A stretch of 64,000 nt of DNA from Eledone cirrhosa (taxonomy: Eukaryota), in assembly GCA_964016885.1 (NCBI GenBank), contig OZ024744.1:91512001-91576000 (forward strand), in the 5' to 3' direction. Shown here in pieces: positions 15,537 through 28,457 of this stretch. The notes under the pieces were generated by a model that worked only from the letters and a program-made list of their open reading frames with translations, was not told the origin of the DNA and searched no databases. How positions within the stretch are numbered: the first letter of the stretch is position 1; each line of letters starts with the position of its first letter. The position numbers and the translations under genes were made by a program.

Positions 15537-15837
15537 CAGGCATGTGCAACCTTTTTCGAGAAGCGGGCCGCATGAGATATGGCTTATCATCAGGTGGGCC
15601 GCAAGTGCTAATTTACATTCATGCCCACATTAAAAAAAGGGGTGGTAACTGAGGTTGTTTTGATTTGTTTCTTCAGAATTCGTACATGTTGTTTTCCTCG
15701 ATCGTAAAAAGATAAATTACGACTGAAAAGTTGGGGTAAAAAGGTCAGAAATATTTTACTTAGGTGACTTTAGGTGAGCCATTCAGAAAGCTTCGCGGGC
15801 CACATGCAGCCCGCAGGCCACAGGTTCCCCATGACTG
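15537..15837. mobile_element. hAT (Charlie-like) MITE
   Basis: TIRs caggcatgtgcaacc / ggttccccatgactg; exact 8-bp TSD gtttaaag at 15529-15536 and 15838-15845; internal gcgggccg motifs. Confidence 0.85.
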
Positions 15838-15867
15838 GTTTAAAGTCACTTGATTATTATATATCAG

Positions 15868-16530
15868 CGGATTGGCAGTAATCAGTAGAGCGTTCAACAC
15901 CATGCTTTATAGCATAGAGTTACGGCCCTTTTACGTTCTGAGTTCAAATCCTGCCAAAGTTAGCTTTGCCTTTCATCTTTACGGGGTCAATAAAATAATG
16001 TACCAGTAATGCACTGGGTCGTTTTATCCAATTTTCCCTTCCACAAAATTGTTGGCATTGTGCCTAAATCAGAAACCTTTATTTAGTAGCAGTGAAGTGT
16101 GGTAGATTGGCAGAATTGGTAGAGTGTTGGACAACATGCTTTGCAGCATAGAGTTACGGCCCTTTATGTTCTGGGTTCAAATCCTGCCAAAGTTAGCTTT
16201 GCCTTTCATCTTTACGGGGTCAATAAAATAAAGTACCCACAATGCACTGGGGTCAATTTAATTGACTTTCCCCTTCCCTTCAAATTGCTGACCTTGGGCC
16301 TAAATCAGAAACAATTAATATATACACAGTGGAATCTCGGACGCCATACTTTATAGCATAGAGTTATGGCCTTTTACGTTCTGGGTTCAAATCCTGCTGT
16401 AATTAGCTTTTCCTTTCATCCTTACGGGGGTCGATAAAATAAAGTACCCACAATGCACTGGGGGCAATTTAATTGACTTCCCCCTTCCCTTCAAATTGCT
16501 GACCTTGGGCCTAAATCAGAAACAATTATT
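15868..16530 (+). mobile_element. Three tandem SINE S1-like copies
   Basis: S1 core repeated at ~15960, 16195, 16405; the third copy is 5' truncated. Confidence 0.8.
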
Positions 16531-16537
16531 ATATACA

Positions 16538-16946
16538 CAGTGGAATCTTAGTTCATGAACGCCTCTCATCATTAACAAATTGGTTCTTGAATAATTTTTC
16601 CAAACAGTGTCTCGAGTAATGAACAGACAAGCTGGCAACAATGGTTGGCAACAAGCTGGGAGGGGGTATTGGTAGGAAAGTGTTACTTGCTGTGTAGTTA
16701 GTTAGTATGATAATATCTAACTCTGTCTTCACACACAGTCTGTCTGTCTCTCTTTCTCCCTCACTCTCACCCCCTCACTCCCCCTCTCTCTCTCTCTCGC
16801 TCTCTCTCTCTCTCTCACTATCTCCCCCACCCCCCACCCTCTCTCTCTCAACATTTCGTATTGGAAAAATAGTTTCAGTTTATGAAAATTTTAGATGATG
16901 AATGGCCTCCAGGAACAATTTAAGTTTGAGAACCAAGGTTCCACTG
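16538..16946. mobile_element. Tigger/pogo-like MITE
   Basis: TIRs cagtggaatcttagttc / gaaccaaggttccactg followed by TA. Confidence 0.7.
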
Positions 16947-16966
16947 TATGTGTATATATATATATA

Positions 16967-18086
16967 CATCTCCAAGACAACGTCACTGGATCGAGACTTT
17001 TGACGCTACGCAGCAATACAGAAAACTCGCCTTCCCCTACATACACCCCAACCCACTACCCCCCTATTCCACCCACATCACCTTTTTTCTGTAAAGTTAT
17101 GTTGGTACCACAGAACATCCAGTCCACACTGTAAAGTGGTCACGTAGGTGTCACGACAAAAAGCACCCAGTCCACTCTGTAAAGTGGTCACGTAGGTGTC
17201 ACGACAAAAAGCACCCAGTCCACACTGTAAAGTGGTCACGTAGGTGTCACGACAAAAAGCACCCAGTCCACTCTGTAAAGTGGTCACGTAGGTGTCATGA
17301 CAAAAAGCACCCAGTCCACTCTGTAAAGTGGTCACGTAGGTGTCACGACAAAAAGCACCCAGTCCACACTGTAAAGTGGTCACGTAGGTGTCACGCCAAA
17401 AAGGACCCAGTCCACTCTGTAAAGTGGTCACGTAGGTGTCACGACAAAAAGCACCCAGTCCACTCTGTAAAGTGGTCACGTAGGTGTCACGACAAAAAGC
17501 ACCCAGTCCACACTGTAAAGTGGTCATGTAGGTGTCACGCCAAAAAGCACCCAGTCCACTCTGTAAAGTGGTCACGTAGGTGTCACGCCAAAAAGCACCC
17601 AGTCCACTCTGTAAAGTGGTCACGTAGGTGTCACGACAAAAAGCACCCAGTCCACACTGTAAAGTGGTCACGTAGGTGTCACGACAAAAAGCACCCAGTC
17701 CACTCTGTAAAGTGGTCACGTAGGTGTTACGACAAAAAGCACCCAATCCACACTGTAAAGTGGTCACGTAGGTGTCACGACAAAAAGCACCCAGTCCACA
17801 CTGTAAAGTGGTCGTGTAGGTGTCACGACAAAAAGCACCCAGCCCACACTGTAAAGTGGTCGTGTAGGTGTCACAACAAAAAGCATCCAGTCCACACTGT
17901 AAAGTGGTCGTGTAGGTGTCACGACAAAAAGCATCCAGTCGACTCTGTAAAATGGTCGTGTAGGAGACACAGTAAAATGACTCTCAGTTCACACTGCAAA
18001 TGTGGTTGGTGTTAGGAAGGGCATCCAGCTGTAGAAACCAAGTATAACCCATGCTAGTGTGGCAGGTAGATGTTAAATGATGATGA

Positions 18087-18123
<37 letters not shown>

Positions 18124-18199
18124 GTTAGGAAGGGCATCCAGCTGTAGAAACCTAGTATAACCCATGCTAGTGTGGCAGATAGATGTTAAATGATGATGA

Positions 18200-18261
<62 letters not shown>

Positions 18262-18420
18262 TGTTAGGAAGGGCATCCAACCATAGAAAACCTGCCAAAT
18301 ACAGTTCTATACGAGCGAGACACGGTCGCCCAACCAATCTTGCCTCAAGTGGGACAATTACCGTCTAAACCATGCTAGCGTGGAAGATGGACGTTAAACA
18401 ATGATGATGATGATGATGAT
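16967..18420 (+). mobile_element. RTE 3' fragment (copy-2 family) with expanded 3' UTR and reiterated tails
   Basis: Degenerate match to the ORF end of copy 2 (LSKTMSLDRDLWRY), 3' UTR, three successive (GAT)n tails. Confidence 0.85.
17119..17965. repeat. 48-bp minisatellite, ~17 units, inside the RTE 3' UTR
   Basis: Unit ccagtccac(a/t)ctgtaaagtggtcacgtaggtgtcacgacaaaaagcac; period 48 (aagcacccag at 17161 and 17209). Confidence 0.95.
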
Positions 18421-19026
18421 TTTTTATTTTTTTTTTTTTTGTCTTATAAAGAAAATGACATTGAATCTAAATGAAAAATAATTCAATTTTATTAGGAAGA
18501 CATTTAACAAATCTGAGGATATTTTAAGAAATTTCACACATTAGAATTTAATATGTTCTGTTTATATATGTGTGTGTGAGTGTGTTAGTGTTCTTTTTTT
18601 CTTCTTTCTCTTTTTCACTGTCAGATGTACCTTTGCTAAAGAATTTCTTAAATTCTTTGATTTCTCTTTGAAAACACGTTTAATTCTCTAAATTCGCTTC
18701 CTCAATAAAATTAAGCAAAAATAACAAATATCTTTTTTATTGGTTCTCACATTAAATCATTCACATTTTTAAAATTTGGTATTTTATTTATAGAATTGAT
18801 CTTATTTTACTTTATTAGTTTTTTTTTCTTATAATTTTTTAAATTTTATTTTTTAATTAATTTTTTTTTTTTTCTTCAAATTAATTTTTTTTTTAATTAA
18901 TTATTTTTATTATTATTATTATTAATTTTTTTTTAAAATCAAATTCTCACCAAAAATTTTGCATTGGTAAAATAAGTCATTGGCTAAAATATTTCAAATA
19001 GAGGAGAGAAAAAAACGGACATTAAA

Positions 19027-19889
19027 TGGTGATGGTGGTGGTGGTGGTGGTGGTGGTGGTGGAGTTAGTGATGGTAGTGGTGTTAGTGGTGGTGATAGTG
19101 GTGGTAGTGATAGTGGTGGTGATGGTGGTGGTAATGTAGGTGGCAGTGGTGTTGGATGTTATGATGATGATGATGATAGTGGTGGTGGTGGTGGTTGAGT
19201 GGGCATAATATCATGATGAGAGCATAAAATAGTGATGAGGTGACATTGACAATGATTATTGTGATGATGATGGTGGTGGTAGTGGTGGTGATGATGATGA
19301 TGATGTTGGTGATAATGGTGGTGGTGGTCGAGATGATGGTGGTGATGGTGGTGGTGGCGGTGGTGATGGTGGTAGTGGTGGTGATGATGATGATAGTTGT
19401 GCTGATGGTGATGAGATGAAGACGATGATGTGGTCATGGTGGTGATGATGATGGGGATGGTGATGATGATGGTGTTTGTGGTGGTGTTGATGATCATGAT
19501 GATTGTGGTGATGGTGGGGATGATGATGATGATGATGATGATGACAGTGGTGGTAGCAGTGATGATGATGGTGGTATGGTTGGTGGTAATGATGGTGGTA
19601 TGATGATAATGATGGTGATGTTGATGATAGTGGCGGTGCTGATGGGGATGGTGGTGGTGTGGTGGTGGTGGTGGCGATGATGATGATGGTGGTGCTGATG
19701 GGGATGATGGTGGTGGTAATGGTGGTAATGATGATGATGGTGATGGTGATGATGATGATGATGGTGCTGCTGATGTGGTTGTGGTGGTGGTGATGAGATG
19801 AAGACGATGATGTGGTGGTGGTGATGGTGGTGATGGTGGTGGTGGTGGTGGTGGTGGTGGTGGTGATGGTGTAGGTGGTGGTGGTGATA

Positions 19890-19921
<32 letters not shown>

Positions 19922-19941
19922 GGTGGTGGTGGTGGTGGTGG

Positions 19942-19985
<44 letters not shown>

Positions 19986-20172
19986 GTGGTGGTGGTGATG
20001 AGATGAAGACGATGATTGTGGTGGTGGTGGTGGTGGTAATGGTGGTAATGATGATGATGGTGATGGTGATGATGATGATGATGGTGCTGCTGATGGTGGT
20101 TGTGGTGGTGGTGATGAGATGAAGACGATGATGTGGTGGTGGTGATGGTGGTGATGGTGGTGGTGGTGGTGG

Positions 20173-20228
<56 letters not shown>

Positions 20229-20508
20229 GTGCTGCTGATGGTGGTTGTGGTGGTGGTGATGAGATGAAGACGATGATGTGGTGGTGGTGGTGGTGGTAAT
20301 GGTGGTAATGATGATGATGGTGATGGTGATGATGATGATGATGATGATGGTGCTGCTGATGGGGATGATGGTGGTGGTGGTGATGATGGTGATGGTGCTG
20401 CTGATGGGGATGATGGTGGTGATGGTGATGATGGTGGTGATGATGGTGATGGTGATGGTGATGGTGATGATGGTGGTGGTGATGATGATGATGATGGTGG
20501 TGATGATG
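19027..20508. repeat. (GGT)/(GAT) compound microsatellite
   Basis: Direct inspection. Confidence 0.95.
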
Positions 20509-20782
20509 AATGTCTCTACAGATATGTCTCCAAGAAATGAAATCAAGGCCAACCAACACAAACGACCCAGTTAACTAATGATAGATTCAATATTATTATT
20601 TATTCAAAAAGCGAAATTGCGACAGGGATTCTTAAGAGTAACAACTTCTCCAATGATTGAGACGAATTATTACCATTTCTATCAGCCTGGAACTTATTTG
20701 ATTCATGCATTTCGCTATTGGTATCATCGCATTTAATCTCAGATATATTTCTGGTGCATTTAATTTGTTCTTATGTAGGGGA

Positions 20783-20838
20783 ATCATCATCATCATCATC
20801 ATCTTTTAACGTCCATCTTCCACGCTTGCATGGGTTTG

Positions 20839-20876
<38 letters not shown>

Positions 20877-20929
20877 GTATGTATGTGTGTGTGTATATAT
20901 ATGTATATATGTGTATGTATGTATGTATG

Positions 20930-20961
<32 letters not shown>

Positions 20962-21339
20962 TATGTGTATATGTATGTTTGTATGTATGTATGTATGTGT
21001 GTGTGTATATATATGTATATATGTGTATGTATGTATGTATGTATATGTATATATGTATGTATATGTGTGTATGTATGTATGTATGTATGTGTGTGTATGT
21101 ATGTATATATGTATATATCTGTACGTATGTATATATATATATGTATATATGTATGTATATGTGTATATGTATGTATGTGTGTGTGTGTGTGTGTGTGTGT
21201 GCGTATATATATGTATATATGTGTATGTATGTATGTATATATATATATATGTATATATGTATGTATATGTGTATATGTATGTATGTATGTGTATGTATGT
21301 ATATATGTATGTATGTATGTATGTATATGTATGTATGTA

Positions 21340-21397
<58 letters not shown>

Positions 21398-21472
21398 TGT
21401 ATATATGTATATTGGTGATGATGATATATATGTGTGTGTATATATATATGTGTGTGTGTATTTATATATATA

Positions 21473-21503
<31 letters not shown>

Positions 21504-21504
21504 T

Positions 21505-21561
<57 letters not shown>

Positions 21562-21564
21562 TCG

Positions 21565-21599
<35 letters not shown>

Positions 21600-22235
21600 C
21601 AGTCTCTCCTGGCTGTGTCAATTCTTTCTGCCTGGACTTATCAATGAGATTTCAATGAGAGTCTGTCATTGAATTTCCAAATGTAGATCTTCTAACTTCC
21701 CATTTGATGGCCTGCCTCTGTCTCTGTTACTCTATATTCTATGCTTCTTCTGCAAACTCATCAATGGTGGTGATATGGTTTTCTTCCTTTATTTTTCTAT
21801 CATGGTAAGGGTTGGTATGTAGTTAAGTTCGAAGAAGAAGAAGAAGAAGAAGAAGAAGAAGAAGAAGAAGAAAGGAGAAGGAGAGGAAGGAGAAGGAGTA
21901 GTAGAAGAAAAAGAATGAGGAGGAAGATGATGAAGATGAAGGAGAGAAAAAGAATGAGAAGGAAGATGAAGAAAAAGAAGAAGAAGAAGAAGAATGAGAA
22001 GGGAGGAGATGAAGATGAAGGAGAGAATGAGAAGGAAGGAGAGAAGGGGGAGGAGGTAAAAGAAGATCAAGATGGAGAGGAGAAGAAGAAGAATGAGAAA
22101 GAAGAAGAAGACAAAGGAGAAGAAGAATGAGAAGGAAGAAGAAGAAGGCAAAGAAGAAGAATCAGATGGAAGAAGAAGAAGAAGAAGAAGAAGAAGAAGA
22201 AGGCAAAGGTAAAGAATAAGAATGAGAAGAAGAAG
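20783..22235. repeat. RTE tail remnant (20783-20840, minus) followed by (TA/TATG)n and (GAA)n tracts
   Basis: tttaacgtccatcttccacgcttgcatggg is the reverse complement of the RTE 3' end; the rest is mostly simple repeats. Confidence 0.85.
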
Positions 22236-22279
22236 CTATTTATTTGAGCTTTTAGAATTTTCTTCCTTGGTCTATAGCA

Positions 22280-22350
22280 ATGGTTCGGTTACCAACCTTT
22301 TTTGTGTGCCACGGTCTGGTGTCATGCAAGACAATTTCTCCACGGACTGA
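22280..22350 (+). mobile_element. hAT/Charlie (MER1-like) end fragment
   Basis: ccaacctttttt..gccacggtctggtgtcatgcaagacaatttctccacggac resembles MER1-type termini. Confidence 0.45.
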
Positions 22351-22359
22351 TGTGGGAGG

Positions 22360-22703
22360 TGGAGTATCTGTAGATTTCTCATTAGTTCTGCATAAATATT
22401 CTCCTTTTCACTAATCTTTGATATTATATTGGCATCTGCTGGGCAGCTAACTTCCACTACTGTGCATGGCTTCTTTTCCCTGTCCCATATCATAATATCT
22501 GGTCTGTTATGCCTGCATTTTATTGGGGTTTTTACTGGAACATTCCACCAGTACTCTTTTATATTATGTACATGGATGTCTTCCACATTGCTGTAGCTTT
22601 TAATGTGTTTATTATCAGGGCTATCTTTTCTACGGATCGCATTGTACAGTGCTTTGGCCACTACATCATGCCTCATAGGTAGATGGTACCGCGATAACAT
22701 TTT
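22360..22703 (-). pseudogene. Restriction-like endonuclease fragment of an R4/Dong-type non-LTR retrotransposon
   Basis: RHDVVAK...YWWN.PV...HNRPDIMIWD...VVEVSCP.D.N...K..EK...Y..L fits the RLE PD-(D/E)xK signature. Confidence 0.8.
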
Positions 22704-22874
22704 TGTATGTATGTATGTGTGTATGTATGTGTGTGTGTGTATATATGTGTGTATGTATGTATGTATGTGTGTATGTATGTGTGTATGTATGTGTGTGTGT
22801 ATATATGTGTGTATGCATGTATGTATGTGTGTATGTATGTGTGTGTGTGTGTGTATGTATGTGTGTATGTATGT

Positions 22875-23455
22875 ATTTACAAGCATGTGGTAGAGAATGT
22901 AAATCAGCAGGAGGGCTCAAACGACATGCAAAAGTACATGAAATCCAACCACAGCCGGTTATTATTATTATTATTGTTATTGGCAGTATCGGTAGAGGGT
23001 CGGACGCCATGCTTTGACGCATAGAGTTACGTCCCTTGCCATTCTGAGTTCAAAGCCCGCCAAGGTTAACTTTGCCTTTCATCCTCATGGGGTCGATGAA
23101 ATAAAGTACCAGTAATGTACTGGGTAATTGCTGGCCTTGTGCCAAAAGTAGAAACAATTATTATTATTGTTATTATTGTGTGTGTGTCTTTTTTCTCGTG
23201 CAATGGCCATACTCGATAACGAGGGGGCAGCCATCATCATATATGTATGTATGTATATATGTATGTATGTATGTATGAGTGTATGTATGCATGGAAAGCA
23301 CAACTCTCTTCTGTCACCTGTGTTGTAAACCATGCAGATCTACAGCTGGTCTACAAAGTCATGTATGAAGTCATGGACGCAGATGTGATGACAACGAAGA
23401 ATCAATAAGAGACGGCAACCATCTGCGAAGACTCTGCAATCCTCATGTATGTATG
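22875..23455 (+). mobile_element. 3' end of a LINE with two C2H2 zinc fingers, split by later insertions
   Basis: CGRECKSAGGLKRHAKVH (22882-22940) and CHLCCKPCRSTAGLQSHV*SH (23310-23375), then a (GTAT)n tail. Confidence 0.6.
22980..23165 (+). mobile_element. SINE S1, full length
   Basis: Matches the S1 consensus. Confidence 0.85.
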
Positions 23456-23739
23456 TGTGTGTGTGTGTGTGTGTGTAATTATGTATATATGTAGGTAAAT
23501 AGGTGGGTCTGTAGATAGGTAGGAAACATTAAGGGTGCACATATCTGTGGAATGCTCAGCCACTTACTTGTTAATTTCACAAGCAAGCTGTTTCATTGAT
23601 CATACAATGGTGACACTGAATGTCGAAACCAATAGCAACTCATTCATATTCTCATTCATATACTAAATCAATGTGACCCCATCACATGACAAGGCTGGGC
23701 CTTTCAGTTAAAGGTGCACTCCCATCTAATGGATTTCCT

Positions 23740-24003
23740 GCAGGCAGATGAAGACTACATTGGTATGGACATGTGATGCGCATGGAAGATGACAGCTGGG
23801 TAAAGAAGTGCCAAGAAATCCCAGTGGAAAGAAGATGCAGTAGAAGAAGACCATGAAAATCATGGGTGGAGGTGGTGAGAGCTGGCCTCAGATTGCTGAA
23901 GCTCACAGAGGAGATGGTGAATAGAGAGATGCTGTGCTGAATAGGACCAATCCCACCTTTACAAGCAAGGAAAAGTGGACGTAATATGAGGACGAATGAT
24001 GAT
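23740..24003 (+). mobile_element. RTE 3' fragment (copy-1 family)
   Basis: WYGHVMRMEDDSWVKKCQEIPVE and ggacgtaa tail. Confidence 0.85.
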
Positions 24004-25091
24004 CTCATCAAAAGTCTTGGGTCGACTCGAAGTCCTGCATGGTAAAAGACACTTGTCTCAGATTCCACATTAGCAGAATTGGTCAAGATCACTGAGAACT
24101 CATGATTGTAAAGTTAACCACTGGACCATGTCTGGACGAGTCCATAACCCCACCCCTGCTTCGCCTCCCAGTTCCACCACCACCACCACCACCACCATTC
24201 TGCCACGCCCCCTGCATTTTGGGGCCAGTGAACCAGTGGGTTATGAAACTTTGAGGTCGCAAGGTATTATAATCCAGCCATGACCACCATGTCTTTCAGT
24301 TTTATTTATTTATTTTTATTTCTATCAACTTTTTTTATTTTTTATTAAGCGCTGTATATCTGAAACTACATTATTCAATCTCTCCCTCCCTGTCTGTCTC
24401 TCTCTCCCCCTCTCTCTCTCTCCCCCTCTCTCTCTCTCCCTTTCTATGTATGTCTTTCTCTATCCCACTCCCTCCATCTGTCTTTCTATCCCCATCTCTC
24501 CCTCCCTCTCTCTCTCTTTCTCTCACCCTCTCTGTCTTTCTATCCCATCCCTCACACCCACCCTTGCTCTGTCTTTCTCTCTCCCTCTCTGTCTTTCTTG
24601 CTCCATCTTACCCCCTTCTCTGTCTGTCTCCCCCTCCCCTCCCACCACTACCCCCATCTCTCTCTTTCCACCTTTCCAACAAGATAGTAACATGCAATTT
24701 GAGTGAGATTTAGTTACTATTTATAGCAAGTCAATCGACTACATATTTATTTGAATCTCATGCTGCATTAATTATGCATCAATTAGTATGCACGTCTTAA
24801 TCAAACTAGCAGAAGCAGGTGCCAAACCAAAATACATTTCAAAGCTAATTAGTATGGTGTTGAAATCAAACAGATATTAACAAATTTTTATCATTTATTT
24901 TTATATATAAATCTACCAATTTTGGAAAATATATTTAACCAATGCCAATTCTAGAAAAATAATGTGGAACCAAATATGTATATATACATATATATATACA
25001 CATATATATATGTATATATATACATATATATATATACATATATATATACACACATATATACATATATATATATACATATATATATACACAC

Positions 25092-25139
<48 letters not shown>

Positions 25140-25229
25140 GTACGTATATACATACATATATATATACGCATATATTTATATATACATATATATATACATA
25201 TATATATGCATATATATACATATATATAC

Positions 25230-26660
25230 GTGGAAAAGTAAGAAATCGGAGAACAGACCGTTAATACATGTTTATTTAAAACAGCACCTACGTACGTTTC
25301 GCCCGGTTGGACTTCTCATAAATAACCAAAAGTGTTCCTTACATGGTCCGGAAAGTGTTTTTGGGGGTAATTTCACGTCATAGTTCATTCTTCGCAAAAA
25401 AAGCGTGTTTTGATTTTGCATTAGGTCAAGGGAGGTAACTCTGGCCGGTGTTAGGGCAGTCTTTCGCGGACAAATGTTTTGTCCGTTACAAGATGTCGTT
25501 ACAACCTTACCATTGTCGATATGCACAGGGTCAGGTAATCAACGCTTATTTTGAGACGTTTTTGTTTGTTGCACCTGCCCGCCTGGGTCATTTGAAGCTG
25601 GGTCTGGGATGTATGGTTAGTTTCCTGGATGTTTTTTACAGCACCTGCCTGCCAGGGTGTTAAAGCTTGTTGCAGGGAGACCCGGTACACGGTTTCACTC
25701 CTCATCCTTATCCCATCTGAAGAAGGATATTTTTAAGCGATGTGTACAGCTTATCGTCATTTCAGCTCTGCTGTTGATGAGCTCGTGGGGTGTAGTTATG
25801 ATGTGGTAGTGCTCCATGAGGCAAAGATCGCACTTCCTCTTGAAGTTGTACTGTGCAGCCCTGCCGACAATATCCCAGTACGTGGAGAAGCTGATGTTTA
25901 AGTGTTTTCATGATGTGATATAGTCCGCGAGCGAAGTGGAGTGTCTTAATTTCTTATTTGTGAAAGAGTGGAGATGTGTTTGAAATCTAATTTTGAACGG
26001 GCCAGAGGCAGCCCCTATATAATGTTTAACGCTATTGTGGCTAGTTACAGTGCACCTATATATAAACCTATCAGTCAAGCAGTATCCCCTAAGGGGGCAG
26101 CGTCCCCTGTCGTGGCAGTTGCAATTTCTGTCACGGTTCCTTCTAATTCCCACGGTAAGGCTATCATTATTGCTATCTACGTTGTTATCTACGCTCCCAC
26201 ACCTGTCGTTAGCACCATTATAACCCACTGTGCGCGGGGTGGTACGATTATTATTCCGCACGTCATGTCCTACATGTTCCCCAGTCATGTCGCGGTTATG
26301 CTGGTTGCGTCTGTAGAGGCTGTTGCCAGCACTATTGGATGCTGCTAGGGAGTCGTTAAGGCCGATATAGTTATTGTCAGGTGTAGGTGCGTCTGTGCTA
26401 AGGTGCTGTGTCTTGGTGATCTTACTGTGATTCGTTGTTCCTATGATGTCTGCTAGGTTAGGAGTAGTAGAGAAGGATATTTTTATATTGTTCCTATTAA
26501 GGATTTTTCTATACCTATGGCTGGGTGGGAAGTTCTTCTCTAAGGCTTCGAAGAATATCCAGGGTATGTTGGAGGCCACACTCTGAGAGTGGATGGAACC
26601 ATAGGACGTTACAGTGGCAATTTTGTGTCCTTGTACGTTTGCTACGGGTGGTTCCATCAA
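25230..26660 (-). mobile_element. Penelope-like element fragment P1 (GIY-YIG endonuclease half plus 3' region)
   Basis: NFPPSHRYRKILNRNNIKISFS, CNCx5Cx5C, FIY...YIGAA..FKIRF..H; the frame continues past the TGA at 25908-25910 to W..V..A..Y..CDLC..E..LINSR.E...CTH. Confidence 0.85.
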
Positions 26661-28208
26661 GGTGACCGTTCTTATGCATGTTAATGCGCTGTAGCCCGTT
26701 ACGTGCTCCTTTACTTGGTATAATGCTCCATTTAATCTACAAATTAAAGATAATATCCCTAAAAGATGTTTTACTATCTTAGAGAAAAACTTCCCACCAA
26801 ACCATAAATACCATCAAATTTTAAATAGATCAACTGTCAAATTTTCCTACTCCACTACCAAAAATATACAACAAAATATAAGTGCGTACAATGCATATAA
26901 ATGTAAAAAAAATACGAATATACCACCAACACATCAAACCAACCATAATACTAAAATAAACCGCAACAAACCACCATCTCCTTCACATATAACAAGTAGA
27001 GTAAATTCCACACAAAATTTGACTAACTCCCCTGATATAATATTCACGAATGGTTGTAACTGTAGAATCAAAAGAAATTGCCCATTAAAGGGAAATTGTC
27101 TTATTAATAACAGTATATAAATGTAAAATTAGCACTAAGGACTCAACTTATTCATATATAGGAGCTACGTCTAACCAATTTAAAGTAAGATTTAATACCC
27201 ACAAACATGATTTTAAAAATGCCGCATTACTAATACAACATCATTGGCTGAAACAATTAATAATTATAGAAAAAAAAATATCGATTACAACCTAACCTGG
27301 AGTGTGCTCAAAAGGGCCCACCCCTTATCAAAATAACAGATATGAGTGTAGATTATGTTCCCAGGAACTTTTTGAAATAATGAAATCTAAGGATATCCTA
27401 TTAAATAAGCTACAAGAATTAATTATATCTTGCAATCATAAAATTAGAAGAACTTTCAATTATAAACCTAATTAATATACACCTTACACTTATATTTTAC
27501 ATATTATTATAATTAGTTTTTTTAATTTAGTTAACCTATAATTAGTACTTTACTACAAAGAACTTCATAATTTTATTTCCCTATTACAGTTCTCTTTTCC
27601 TAAAATTAATACCTAAAAGTATATATATAAATTAATTTAATTTCCTGTTATGAATCTAGATTCCTTGTAGTTTATATAAGATTGGTATTTCTCACTACTA
27701 CATTTATCCCCAAATTTTATTTTCCATCGTTTTTAACAACATTCTTTAATAACATCTAATTCTTATTTATCACATCCATATGAATTAATATAAATTTATC
27801 CCTATAAGTATACCTATCAATTAATTTTATTTTCTTGTTATAGATCTAAATTCCTTGTGTTTTAAATAAGATTGGTATTTTATCACTAACACCTTTACCC
27901 TAAAATATTATTCTCCTTCAGTTTTAACATTAGCATTATTCTTTAATAGCATCAAATTTTCATGTACCCTTCACCGGCTTGACCTCTTTTCATCCTCAAA
28001 GTAATCTTTTCATTCAAAATATTCATTCCATTCAAAACTTAAGTCTGCATTCCTCTACCCCTTAATTAAATTTCTACTACTAGTATTCTATCAACTTGAC
28101 CTCTTACTACTTTTCTATTGGTCAATTCAAAACTTGTTCCCAAACAGACATATTATATTAAATTTTTGTTGGTTTTTTTCAATAAACAAATATCATTATT
28201 TCTGAAGC

Positions 28209-28457
28209 AGTACCAGTAATGCACTGGGTAATTGCTGGCCTTGTGCCAAAAGTAGAAACAATTATTTCTGAAACGGTGGATTGGCAATATCGGTAGAAGG
28301 TCGGACATGCTTTCCAGCATAGTTACGTCCCTTTACGATCTGAGTTCAAATCCCGCCGAGGTTAACTTTGCCTTTCATCCTTACGGGGTCGATAAAATAA
28401 AGTACCAGTAATGTACTGGGTAATTGCTGGCCTTGTGCCAAAAGTAGAAACAATTAT
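28209..28457 (+). mobile_element. SINE S1 3' fragment plus a full S1 copy, inserted at the hammerhead core
   Basis: S1 consensus; attat(t/g)tctgaa repeated at ~28195, 28261, 28453. Confidence 0.8.

Noticed and set aside
17119-17965. CRISPR-like appearance of the 48-bp array, and its 229-aa repeat ORF
   Set aside because: Units are contiguous with no unique spacers, there are no cas genes, and the unit is part of the RTE 3' UTR; the ORF exists only because 48 is a multiple of 3
20718-21658. YI/CV/HT-repeat ORFs (also near 5100, 7000, 25000, 29000, 33800, 47000, 54000, 59000, 60500)
   Set aside because: Dinucleotide repeat artefacts
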